Of a stretch of DNA of 64,000 nucleotides, positions 1 to 12,207 are shown piece after piece. This DNA comes from Octopus sinensis (lineage: Eukaryota). The first letter of the stretch is position 1; each line of letters starts with the position of its first letter. The notes below the pieces were generated by a model. It was not told the DNA's origin. It saw only the letters and a program-made list of their open reading frames with translations, and searched no databases. A program made the position numbers and the translations under genes. The stretch is from positions 40,362,001 to 40,426,000 of the forward strand of contig NC_042999.1 of the NCBI RefSeq assembly GCF_006345805.1. Reading direction: 5' to 3'.

Positions 1-284
1 CCTTAATGTTTGCACCAAGCAATAGAAATTTTGAACGATAGTATTCAATAATAGCTTCCATTAATAATAATAATGTTATTCAGGAACATCTGGTGGTGCA
101 GATGTATTTCATTGGGTGATAAATAAATACAAATTGGGAAAATTTAACTTACTGTCTTGTAACTTTCTATTTCGAAGAGAGAAAAGCAGCCAGACGGAGG
201 AAATATCTTCATTTATATAGAAGATCAAAAACAAAATTACAGATGACAAAAACAGAAGCGAACACCCAATCTGTATATATATAT

Positions 285-323
<39 letters not shown>

Positions 324-721
324 CTAGCAGTATCGCTCGGCGTTGCTCGGGTTTGTAAGGGAAATAACTATATAAGCATTTTTAGAGAGTTATAGCAAAA
401 AAATAGCAAAAAAATGCATTAAAAATGGAATAAAAAATTATGGTAATTTTTTTAAAAATCGTTGACTCATCGTAAACATTTTTAGAGAGTTACTTCCCTT
501 ATATAATAGCGAAAAAATGCATTAAAATGGAAAAAATGATGGTAAGTTTTTTTTTTAAATCGTAGGATCATCGTAGACGCGCGCTAATACCCAGAAGGGC
601 TCGATATGAATCACGACTATAAGATACCCGAATTTGGTTAAACTGCACCGCAAAATGTGGGGGTAGTTAGGAATCTAAATCGGAGTAGACAGACACACAA
701 CCTTACTTTTATATATAAAGA
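324..721 (-). mobile_element. Non-autonomous Helitron (family H1)
   Basis: Minus strand starts A|TCTTTATATATAAAAG and ends CCCGAGCAACGCCGAGCGATACTGCTAG|T: TC...CTAG termini, insertion between A and T, and a GC-rich subterminal hairpin region (imperfect in this copy). The same 3' end occurs at 43862 and 47119. Confidence 0.8.
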
Positions 722-722
722 T

Positions 723-982
723 TTGTGCAACAACTGAAACATTCGGTTGTGCAAATTGTTTGCACAGGAAACCTGCCCTGTGTGGCGGTTTTTGCCGTTT
801 TTGTGGATCTGTTTCAGCTTTTTTAGCGATTTCTGTTTTGGCGACTTAAAGCCATGAAGTCGTTGTTCTAAAAGAACGCTGGTCTCCTTGACAACGCTTT
901 ACGACGTTGATTTCCCTACCCTGCCTTCCCACAGCTTCACGAGGGAGGGAAGAAGGGGGAGCTACACAGGTGCAGGTGCGAG
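723..982. repeat. ~265-bp segment X, copy 1
   Basis: Aligns end to end with 1461-1727 (ttgtgcaacaact...cacaggtgcaggtgYgagc), roughly 80% identical by eye. Confidence 0.9.
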
Positions 983-1039
983 CATGAACGCCAACGCCGC
1001 CACCGACACACGAAAAAAATGGAAGAACCCAGACTACAG

Positions 1040-1345
1040 CTTCAGCCACCACCACCACCACCACTACGACCAACACCATCATCACTACCACCATCACCAT
1101 CACCACAACTACGCCCATGACCATCACCACCACCATCACGAAGACCACCACGACGACGACGACAACCATCATCATCACAACGACCACCACCACCACCATC
1201 AACACCACCCCCACCACCACCAACAACAACACCACCACCACTACCACCACAAACACGACGACCACCACGACCACGACCACTATCACCACTACCAGCACCA
1301 CCGCCACAATCGCTGCCACTACCACCGCCTCCACCACCACCATAC
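1040..1345. repeat. Degenerate (CAC/CAT/GAC)n trinucleotide tract
   Basis: Direct inspection; the source of the poly-His/Thr/Val ORFs in the track. Confidence 0.95.
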
Positions 1346-1460
1346 TATGCCTCTGCTCTCTCCTTTTGGCTACTAAATCCATTACCATATTTCACAAGTA
1401 CCATCGCCATACAATATTGCCTTCAAGAGTTTGTGTTTGGATAATATTTTTTCAGTAAAA

Positions 1461-1727
1461 GTTGTGCAACAACTATAACATTCGGTTGTGCAAATTATTT
1501 GCACGGGAAACCTTCCCTGCGTGGCGTGTTTCCCGATTTTGTAGAATTTGCTTTCGAGCTTTCTTAGCCATTTCTGTTTTGGTGTCTTCAAGCAATGAAG
1601 TCGTTGTTCTAAAAGAACGCTGGTATCCCTGACAACGCTTTACGACGTTAATTTCCTTACACTCCCTTCCCCACAGCTTCACGAGGGAGGGAAGAAGGGG
1701 GAGAAGCAACACAGGTGCAGGTGTGAG
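1461..1727. repeat. ~265-bp segment X, copy 2
   Basis: Direct repeat of 723-982. Confidence 0.9.
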
Positions 1728-1729
1728 CC

Positions 1730-1953
1730 CTTTATTAAAAAAATATGCGTTAAAATGGAAAAAAATTATGGTAAATTATTTTTAAAATCGTAGACTCATC
1801 GTAGACGTGCGCTAATACTCAGACGGGCTCGATATGAATCACGACTATAAGATACCCGAATTTGGTTAAACTGCACCTCAAAATGTGGGAGTAGTTAGGA
1901 ATCTAAATCGTAGGAGACAGACACTCACACGACTTCACTTTTATATATATAGA
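1730..1953 (-). mobile_element. Second 5' portion of Helitron H1 (no 3' end of its own)
   Basis: Closely matches ~500-721 (cgtagac...cacgactataagatacccgaatttggttaaactgcacc...ttttatatatatagat). Has the A|TC terminus but no CTAG or hairpin. Confidence 0.75.
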
Positions 1954-1994
1954 TATATATATATATATATATTTATGTATGTATATATATATAC

Positions 1995-2049
<55 letters not shown>

Positions 2050-2050
<1 letters not shown>

Positions 2051-2629
2051 TGTTTCACGTGTTTCAGTCATTTGACTGCGGCCATGCTGGTACACCGCCT
2101 TTAGTCGAATAAATTGACTCCACGATTTATACTTTGTAAGCCTAGTACTTATTTTATCGGTCACTTTTGCCGAACCGCTATATTATGGGGACGTAAACAC
2201 ACCCGCATTGGTTGTCAAGCGATGTTGTGGGGGACAAAAACAGACACACAAACATATACACACATATACATACATACGTACATACATACATATATATATG
2301 TGTGTGTGTGTGTGTATGTATATATATATAATTATCAATAATATAGGGTGAAATTAATTAATTTAGAAATAATCATTAATTTCACCAAGTAGAGTTCGGC
2401 ATGTAAAGGACCCATTCAAGGTAGGTTTAAGTAATACTAATTAATTAAGGGTTCAGCAACGATTTGCCTCACCACACACCGAATTTAGAAATAGCAGTCA
2501 AAAAGTTTTGGCTATTCTATCTACTTAAAAGGGGGATCCCCCTTTTAAGTAGAAAGAATAGCCAAAACTTTTTGACTGCTATTTCTAAATTCGGTGTGTG
2601 TGGTGAGGCAAATCGTTGCTGAACCTTTA

Positions 2630-2675
<46 letters not shown>

Positions 2676-2750
2676 TATATATACGTATATATATATACGA
2701 CGGGCTTCTTTCAAGTTCCATGTACCCAATCCACTCAGAAGGCTGTGGTC
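2050..2750 (-). mobile_element. tRNA-derived SINE family A, interrupted and lacking its head
   Basis: 2050-2330 is the reverse complement of the 3' half of the 25519-25926 copy; 2695-2750 continues towards the head. Split by an insert at ~2340-2635. Confidence 0.8.
2444..2631. repeat. Near-perfect spacerless palindrome within a MITE-like repeat (family F)
   Basis: Centre GGGGGA|TCCCCC at 2536/2537; ~93-bp arms with one internal mismatch, one 2-nt AC indel and one G-T near the end. Arm-like and flanking sequence recurs at ~9990-10330, ~22350-22410 and ~62440-62620. Confidence 0.9.
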
Positions 2751-3066
2751 TTCTTCTTCTTCCAATCCACTCAGAAGGCTGTGGTCTTCTTCTTCTTCCA
2801 ATCAGGACTCACGTCATTAGCCGCAAAGAAGAATCTCTAGTTCCAGCTTACTCTAAGCTACTAACAATGCGTGTGGCAACTTGAAGATCCACCCACCACA
2901 CGTGATAGCCTGGCGGTTGCACGGGAGCGAGAGCCACGTTGTTATCCTGATTCCGTAAACGGTGACTTTTACCGGGTGCGGAACCATCCTGGGTACAGCG
3001 GATTCACAATCTAGACTAGGGTTTGAACGTTTACCACTCCAATTGTTTACGAACTTTTGGGACAAC

Positions 3067-3179
<113 letters not shown>

Positions 3180-3228
3180 ATATATATATGTGTGTATATA
3201 TGTGTATATATGTGTATATATATATTAT

Positions 3229-3270
<42 letters not shown>

Positions 3271-3274
3271 TATA

Positions 3275-3414
3275 TTAGGTTGTCCCAAAAGTTCGTAAAC
3301 ACTTGCGAAAATTGAATTTTTACTCGCCAAGTACTAACAAAAACAACAAAAATTATTCCTCAAAATAAAGACCATTATTTACCAAGACTTTCTACGAACT
3401 TTTGGGACAACCTA

Positions 3415-3415
<1 letters not shown>
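3275..3415. mobile_element. Mariner-type MITE (141 bp)
   Basis: TIR TTAGGTTGTCCCAAAAGTTCGTA ... TACGAACTTTTGGGACAACCTAA, set in (TA)n on both sides. An orphan TIR lies at 3046-3070. Confidence 0.85.
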
Positions 3416-3508
<93 letters not shown>

Positions 3509-3924
3509 CACATAGTGTGTCATTAAATTGAGCAAACCATAAGGGTCTCACCAAAAGTCATTGTCATCTGGCAAAATTTCCAAAAGAAAGTCTTTCTTTT
3601 CGCCATCCTGTATAAAATATTCAAGATAGCGTGCTCTTCATTGCCAAATGGAGAAGAGAGTATTGTGCGAGGTAGTACTGAAGGCTAAATTGGTTTTCAC
3701 ACTCAGTCTCCAACAAACATAGAAGGATGTAGTAGCAGCAGGAACAGCAACAACATCACCAACGACAATACAGACAAAATCATAAAAAAGTTAGAAGTGA
3801 AAATAACAACACGAGCACCGCCACCACCATCGGAAAAGCCATACAAAGCAATAAAAATGAACAAGAAAATATAGAGAAAGAAAACAGAATTTTTACACAC
3901 ACAGGACGTGCAAATTCAACAACC

Positions 3925-4012
3925 AACCGTCACCGCCACCGCCACCACCACTGCCACCACCCCCACCACCGCCACCACACCACCGCCATCACCACCACCA
4001 CCGCCATCACCA

Positions 4013-4047
<35 letters not shown>

Positions 4048-4262
4048 GCCGCCACCGCCGCCACCGCCGCCGCCACCACCACCACCGCCGCCACCACCAC
4101 CGCCGCCGCCACCGCCACCACCACCACCGCCGCCACCGCCGCCACCGCCGCCACCACTGCCACCACCCCCACCACCGCCACCCCACCACCGCACACCACC
4201 ACCGCCACGCCACCACCGCCACCGCCGCCACCGCCGCCACCACCACCACCACCACCACCACC

Positions 4263-4297
<35 letters not shown>

Positions 4298-4315
4298 TGT
4301 TGTTGTTGCTGCTAC
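3925..4315. repeat. (CAC/CGC)n followed by (GTC/GTT)n compound microsatellite
   Basis: Direct inspection; gives the poly-Pro/poly-Gly ORFs. Confidence 0.95.
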
Positions 4316-4513
4316 TGCTCATGTTGAAAAGGCAGAGTCTTTTGGGTACTGGGCAACATAAACGCTGAAAATGGCAGAAATAACAAATCTCTCCACAACG
4401 GGTTCGTATCTGCAGCGAAGCAAATACAAGAAAATATGAATTTTTCGATAGACGCTATATGAAACGCAAAATCTTTATTAAAGAAAAATGGATGAAGCAC
4501 CAGCAGTATTAGT

Positions 4514-4965
4514 ATTATTACCTCCACCTTAGCGAATGTGGAGGTATTCTTTTTAAGTCTGGTTTGTTTCTTTGTTTGTCCGTGGACAAGATATCTCAAG
4601 AACCACTGGATGGATTCGGATGAAACTTTCAGGGATGTCTGGCCTCAAGACCTGCACAAACTGTTTACATTCTCGGATCGATCCGGCAGCGGACAAGGAT
4701 TCCGCATTATTTGTTATATTTTTTTTACTTTACATCATTGCAATCTTACGTAAACTTTCAAATCATTTTTCATTTATCTCCCTGTAGCTATTTTGAATGG
4801 TGAATTTGTTAAATTTGGCTTGTATTAGATAAGGATAAACTACTTATTAGCGTTACTAGATTTTGTACAGTCACTTTCACATTCAATGACTATCATTGGG
4901 ATTGATCAGATACCGGACAAGGATTCTGGATTATTTTTCCGGGTTTTTTTTTCAATTAATTAACA
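4514..4965 (+). mobile_element. Helentron-associated (HINE/DINE-1-like) element
   Basis: Starts TTATTACCTCCAC-loop-GTGGAGGTA (perfect 9-bp hairpin, 4519-4546), followed by TTTGTTTGTCCGT...GATATCTCAAGAAC...GGATTCGGATGAAACTTT, which resembles HINE cores I recall. The right boundary is approximate. Confidence 0.6.
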
Positions 4966-5150
4966 CGCCGGGCAAAATTCTTAGTAGCAGTTCGTCCGTC
5001 TTTATGCCCTGAGTGAAATTCCTTGTCTTTCATTTATTTCGGATCGATAAAATCAGTACCAGTTGTGCACTGGGGTTGATGTGATCGGCTTGCATCCTCA
5101 CCTGATCTTGCTGGCAATGTTCAAAAATTTGAATTACTACCACCACCACC

Positions 5151-5191
<41 letters not shown>

Positions 5192-6699
5192 CACTACCAC
5201 CACCACCACCACTACCACCACCACCACCATTGTCGTTGTTGCTGCTACTGCTCATGTTAAGAGGCAGAGTCTTTTGGGTACTGGGCAAGTTACCAAACAG
5301 CTGTTCTCATTCTGAATTCAAATCTCGATAAAGTCAGCTGTTCTTTTCGTCCCTCCAGGGTCGATAAAATACTAGCGAACTACTGGATATCGATAATATC
5401 GATTAAAATCTTCTCAAATATACTGATCTTAAGTTAAATTCGAAGCAATTCTTTATTGATGTTTATGTTGATATGATAATTATTGTTGTCAGCTTCAGTT
5501 GATTATTTAAAATCCCATAGTATTCGACTTTGAATTTTACCATCTTTCTCCAGAATATTAATTGAAGTCTGTAGTTTGTACTAAAGTGCTGTGTTTTCTA
5601 CAAAACTTTTGTCAAAGTTTCAGTTTTAAAATCCATACGTCTGATTTATTTAATATTTACAAAATAATATGAACTGCAGTGTAATATATTTTTTGCCAAC
5701 ATCGCAAAATAATTCGAGGTCTGACTCTCTGATTACGTTTGTCGTTAGTTGACTTATTTTTCTGGCTAGCTGGTTATTTAGATGGTTGCCTGGTTGGTTA
5801 GTTGGTTGATTGAATGGATTTTGTATATCTTATCATCATTGTACTGTAGTAATTGATGGGCTTTGCTGAAGCTGTATTTGTAGCAGCTGTCGTATGATAA
5901 ATGGGTTTTATTGTAAAGATCTTTTGACTATCAAGTGGATAATAGTAAGATGTATGAAATACGAAGAAGAATATATTGGATAAGGAATGAATAAAATTCG
6001 AAGAAATGGAATGTCAATTACTCTCACCTATATCTAAGCTTACAAACAAATACGCACACATGCGCCCACCTCTCAATATGTACTTATGCACGTATGTATG
6101 TATAATATGCACGTATTTGTTCATATATACTTATAGACAAGTATATTCTCAGAAGTTTAGTGAAGAAAAACGTCCAAGATATTTATTTGTTATATGTGAC
6201 ACTTATTTTATCGTTTGATTTTGCAGAACTTTTAAGTTACGGATAGCTAAATAAACCAACTGCGGTTGTCAGTTACTGGAAACAAGCGGGAAGACGCATA
6301 CTTATTACGACGAATACATATCAAGACACTCGCACTGTATTGGTGGTGTCAGGAGATGTAGCAAAAGACATTTGGTCAACTTATGACGCAGAACAACTGA
6401 ACACGAAAGTAGGCACTTGCAAAACCAGCCGGCTATGCCTATATGCGGTTTGACTGGCTGGCTGGCTGGGTGCAACTTCGTTCGTTTCGAGTATAATAAG
6501 TTACTTATATTGAATACATATATTTATCATGATAAATAATAAGTAAAAAATATGGAGGTTGAAGGACGGCGGAACAATTGTAGGTTTTACTTGACGAACG
6601 GGGCAGTACAATGCATCAAACATCTATTTTGATTTCCGAGTGACGAGTCTATTAAAGTTAAGGGAAATTTGCCTCAGACACATGTTGTAGATACATGTA

Positions 6700-6774
<75 letters not shown>

Positions 6775-6983
6775 ACGGGAGGCTTTATGAAAATAAACAA
6801 AAGACGAAGGCAGGTGGAAAACAAACGAACAATTGTATTAGTATGGCGCTCAGGAAATATAAATAAAACAAGTCTTTAACGTTTCGAGCCTACGCTCTTC
6901 AACAGAAAGATACACAGAGAGAGAAAAACACAGAAAGAAGGAGAGAAAAAAAATGCGTGCAGTAGCTAACGAATCAACATGGC

Positions 6984-6985
<2 letters not shown>
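6775..6985 (-). mobile_element. Solo Penelope pLTR-like repeat, family P1
   Basis: Homologous to 23279-23477, 23743-23925, 41312-41505 and 23020-23205; contains a hammerhead motif; flanked by (TA)n and (TC)n(TA)n. Confidence 0.7.
6873..6910 (-). ncRNA. Minimal type-I hammerhead ribozyme-like motif (P1)
   Basis: Minus strand UCUUU-CUGUUGA-A-GAGC(GUAG)GCUC-GAAAC-GUU-AAAGA: 5-bp stem I, 4-bp stem II, loopless ACGU stem III. Core has A6 to U. Confidence 0.65.
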
Positions 6986-7051
<66 letters not shown>

Positions 7052-7062
7052 TACATACTCGA

Positions 7063-7260
7063 AGAAACGTTAGCATGGTGGGCGAAATGCTTAGCGGAAT
7101 TTCGTTTGCCGTAACGTTCTGAGTTTAAATTCCATCGACATCGACTTTGACTTTCATCCTTTCGGATTAAATAAGTACGAATTATGCACTGGTGTCGATG
7201 TAATCGACTTAATCCTTTTGTCTGTCCTTTAATTTCCCTCTATGTTTAACCTCCTGTGGG

Positions 7261-7265
<5 letters not shown>
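7063..7265 (+). mobile_element. tRNA-derived SINE family B (Nin/Deu-domain-like)
   Basis: Matches the 27288-27890 units (gaaatgcttagcgg...ttctgagtt.aaattcc...tttcatcctttcgg). Further decayed copies near 4965-5135, 5290-5440, 36000-36590, 45090-45200, 60470-60560 and 61740-61920. Confidence 0.75.
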
Positions 7266-7329
<64 letters not shown>

Positions 7330-7331
<2 letters not shown>

Positions 7332-7703
7332 AGTTAAGTAAAAATTTAGATTCAGTTGAATATGGTACTTATGTTAGAGGCACCAGAATTTAGTATGGTA
7401 TTATCCATATATTTCAAAATGGGGTGACAAAAATCAAAATAAGCAACAAGGATATCCAGAGGTAATGCAATACGGTCGTTTCATGCGTCTCCAATTAATT
7501 CAACAATGCAAACATTACATGAATTTAAAATGTAGAGCAATCTTCAGCTGCACAAGAAAACACAATTTAATTAAATGCTACACATTAGTATAATTTTATA
7601 GTATCATTTTAAATTGATGTAATGTTTGCATTGTTCAATTAAATGGAGTCGCATGAAACGATCGTACTGCACTACCTCTGGTTATCCTTGTTGCTTATTT
7701 TGA

Positions 7704-7710
<7 letters not shown>
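7330..7710. repeat. Dispersed repeat family D with an internal inverted segment
   Basis: 7330-7500 recurs at 29390-29560; 7640-7710 is the reverse complement of ~7435-7500. Confidence 0.7.
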
Positions 7711-7761
<51 letters not shown>

Positions 7762-7816
7762 ACATACATACATACCTATGTATATACTTGTGTGTGTGTG
7801 TTCATGTATACCGATG

Positions 7817-8000
7817 TGAGGGACGTGGCATAGTGGATATGGTGTTCTACGCATGGTCATAAGATAGTGCTTTTGCTTCCTACATTGTGATGCGTTCTTC
7901 TTGAGCAAAACACTCCATTTCACGTTGATCCAGATCACACAGACATATCCCATTCATCTTGGGATATGTACGCCACAGAACCTTGGTATCCTTATGAGCC
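7817..8000 (+). mobile_element. Decayed SINE family C
   Basis: gagggacgtggcatagtgg...ttgagcaaaacactccatttcacgttg resembles 14089-14324. Confidence 0.55.
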
Positions 8001-8470
8001 AATATTAATTCAACATTTTTAATGTATGTGTGTAGAAATTCATTTATGGATACATTGTGTTAAAAGAGCACAATACTTTACAAAGCTAGACGAAACAAAA
8101 CAGGTCCGGAAGAGGCTACCTATGGGACAGATACATATTTTGCAGTTCTTCCTGCTTACCAATGTCACATATTCGCCTTACCTCTGAAATAGAATTGAAT
8201 CAGCTATTCCAAATATATACAAGTAGTGCATGTGTGTGCGGGTATATACACATATATATATACATACATATAATATATATGTATATAGTATATTTAGAAA
8301 AAGCGGGATGAAAATTTTTTGTCGTAATAGCCTTCTAGCAATTCAATCTTCAGATTCACTGCTACACTCCGCTTGTAAAATTTAAAGAAACATGTGCTCT
8401 ATAAAACAGGATTGACTCTATGCTCAGTTTAGCGTTAATTTATTTCTATCATGACTTGGTGGAAAATGAA

Positions 8471-8571
<101 letters not shown>

Positions 8572-8710
8572 TGTGTGTGTGTGTGTGTACATGTATATAT
8601 ACGCACCTTAAACACAAACCCACTCGCACACACATACATACATTATATATATAAGTGTGTCTGTGTGTGTTTATATAATAATGTCTGTGTGAATATAATA
8701 TATATATATA

Positions 8711-8781
<71 letters not shown>

Positions 8782-9589
8782 CGCACATACGTGTATATAT
8801 GTGTGAGCAAGGGCGTACGTATGTTTGCTGCCAACGTCGAGTCTGCATATCCTCGGCTCGGTTATTACATAAACGATTCGGTGATTCTCTTTCAGCTTCT
8901 TATCCGCTTGTTCTCGAAAGATGCTGTATAATACTATACAGTGTACAGACAGGATAGATTCGATTTTGACGTGAAATTTAATTAAAGTTATTCTTTTCCA
9001 TATAGAATTAGAAGAATGGAATGCATAAGACTGGAGTTATCTGAAATTCTGTAAGCGCGAATACGTATTGTGACAGAAACAATAGTTATTCCAGCAATGG
9101 TTTTGCCGCGTGTTCTCTCAAAGAAAACACCTAATAACATGGAGATAAGGAATATATAAAAGAGCATGGTAGTTAGTATGGAACATCAAATAGATTGGTT
9201 TTAGAAGCTGCTTAAAAAGTAAACAAATAAAAGAAAAAAAACCGCATAGATATGTATTTAGCCGTCTTGACAACGTCCTCTTTCTCTTCTACAATATCTA
9301 TTCTTGTCAAGGCTGTTCTCTCCTTATTTTCGTATTTTTTTTCTTTCGTTTTAACTTGCATGTCATTTAAATTTCTTAATCATATTCTTGTTTCCTTCAT
9401 GTCTACTCCTTTTTCTTCTTTTCTTCTTACTTTCTGTTTTCTCCTTTTTCATTCTCTAATTGCCTATCTATATCAATTTTTTTCTCTTACATATACCCTG
9501 TAACTTTTTTTATTATTATTATTATTCAGCTACATTTTGTTTTCTCTTCGATTTATTACTTCGACATTATTCTCCTCATCACGATCATG

Positions 9590-9593
9590 AGCG

Positions 9594-9664
<71 letters not shown>

Positions 9665-9730
9665 TTCTTCTCTTCTTCTTCTTCTTCTTCTTCTTCTTCT
9701 TCTTCTTCTTCTTCTTCTTCTTCTTCTTCA
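9590..9730. repeat. (CAT)n(CTT)n compound microsatellite
   Basis: Direct inspection. Confidence 0.95.
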
Positions 9731-11646
9731 CTTTGCATCTCTTCTATACAGATAAATGCATGTATGTAGAAATATGCAAATATATATACAAAAATATAAT
9801 CACATACACGTTGTATTGTATATATAATTATATGTGTATGTGTGAAAAATCAGTATATAAAGGGTGGTTGCTAGAAAACTGGAATATTCGTGAAATGCCG
9901 ATTTATATTATCAACACGATGAAAACTTTCATATGTATACACATACAAAAAATTCTATAATTATAATCATAGTTACAATTACGGTTCACGAAAAATTGCT
10001 TCACAACATACCCAAAATTAGAAATAGCAGTTTCGCGCAGGGAAAGAGAAAAAAAAAACGAATCCACCCGGCTGTGATTAACTATATACGTGTTTCTGGG
10101 TTAAAGAGATGTAAAAAGATGTAAAATCATATTTCTACTCACTTACTCCCATCTTCAATATAGTATTTCAATTATATATTTCAGAGCACTGATAATTAAC
10201 ATACGTACTCGACCAAGCGCCATCTAATTATAATTATGCTTATAATTATAGAATATTTGAATAAGTTTACCAGTAATTGTTATTTTAACATACCGAACTA
10301 CTTGGTAAAATTATTAATTATTGATTGATTATTTAATTTTACCTTTTATTATTATGTATACACATATTTATAAATGCATATATACATACCTATGTATATA
10401 TATATATATGCATACACATTTTTTCGCTTTTCTAGAGGAAAATTATACATACATAATTTTCCGCTTCTCTAGCGACCACCCTGAGATCTTTGTTCTTTTC
10501 ATCAGTGTTTACAATTTTGTTTGAATTGTTTTCAAATTTTATATATGGGTGAAGCTTTTATACTACTTATGAAGATAAAAATCATTTTTCATATAAATCC
10601 ATGTTTAAAAAGTTATTAGTGTTTAAAATTTGCAAAATTTGGGTATCTTAGCCTATCAGAAGCAGCTATTCTGCATATCACCGTGACAAAATCTCTTTTC
10701 CCAGAGTAACCAAAGACACTGTGCATGTGCATAAGGAGGAGAAGGAGATACGAGAAAGATAATATTCTACTATAAAAATACCTTTTCTCCGTCAAAAATA
10801 TGAATGAGAAAGAATGGAGTGATATATGAATACAGAAGGAAGGGAGCCGTCAATTTTGACGGCATGGGGTCAGATAGTTTAGTTTATAAATTCCTAGAGT
10901 ATATTGCAAACTTTCGTTCTTGAATTTTTCTAATAAATGTCTGTTTGAAACAATGGTTTGAGTGTTATTTCTAGCAATGTTTTAATATGCCGATGCCCCC
11001 TCCCCACCTGATGATGGAAGAGACAGCGAACGCGCCGTTTTCTGATTGGCTGAAAAATCTGAAAATCTATCAAACTTTGAACACCTGTAACATTTTTGCA
11101 AAATTTTTCTGGAATAAATGAATAACAAATTCGGATTCAGCGTCAAAAATTAGATCTATAACATACATTAAACCTGAGTTTTAAAGATAATTGTAAGCAG
11201 TGACGAACACCACAAAATCTCCACCCTGTATACATGCACACACACACACACACACACACACACGAGATTCATTAGTATACGCATACGTACATGCCGATGT
11301 ACATATAGCAGGGTATCTCAGAATTTCTCTACACATCCATACGATTTGGGTTCGATCACATTTATTCACTCGTTTAGTTTCTCAAAGGACTACATTCTTA
11401 TCCATCGTTCGTGATGGGCGAGAAAACATACAGTATGATATGCGTTTTATTTATTATTTTGCACCTTACTTAATCATTGGTATATGTTTTATCTTATATT
11501 TAATCTTTCTATAGGATGTAATTTTTCTAAATGGTATGATTTAATTTTAATGATTTATATCAACAATGTAAGAGAACTTCATAAAACAGCAGCATCCAGA
11601 AATTTTTAAAACGTAAAATTACTGGAGAGTTAGAGCTTCGAACGAA

Positions 11647-11701
<55 letters not shown>

Positions 11702-11717
11702 TGTGTGTGATGTAATG

Positions 11718-12207
11718 GCATGCATACGATCTGGTCATCAAATCTAAGTAGAGACTTCAAACTTGAAATCTTCAAAGCCACAGTCGAACCAATTCTACTA
11801 TATGGCTCAGAAACCTGGACGTTATCAAAGAAGCTTGAGAGGCGGTTGGATGGAACCTACACTCGCCTCCTTATGAGAGCTCAAAATCTCTCGTGGAAGC
11901 GTCATCCAACCAAAATGCAAATATATGGGAAACTACCACCTGTGTCATCTCTTGTGAAAGGTAGGAGAGTCCAGTTTGCTGGACATTGTTGTAGAGCTGA
12001 AAACGAGGCAATTTCTACTCTTCTCCTCTGGAAGCCACCTACTCGCAATACCAGAGGGCGCACACTTTCCTACCCTGATGTAATCTCCAGGGATACAGGT
12101 ATCCAGCAACAGGACCTCCGTAATGCTATGATGGACCGTGAAGTCTGGCGCAGCATGGTAAATTCCATTGTCTCGACCACGGTCGAACAATGATGATGAT
12201 GATGATG
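11718..12207 (+). mobile_element. 5'-truncated RTE-clade LINE (C-terminus of ORF2 plus (TGA)n tail)
   Basis: Uninterrupted ORF 11720-12193 with RTE-type motifs (IWSS..S..K..IFKATVEPILLYGSETWTL; QFAGHC.R; DREVWR), followed at once by TGATGATGATG; sits in (TG)n. Confidence 0.9.

Noticed and set aside
846-1458. Poly-His, poly-Thr and poly-Val ORFs
   Set aside because: Trinucleotide microsatellite open in overlapping frames.
3908-4327. Poly-Pro (formin/extensin-like) ORF
   Set aside because: (CCA/CCG)n tract with no splice context or flanking domain.
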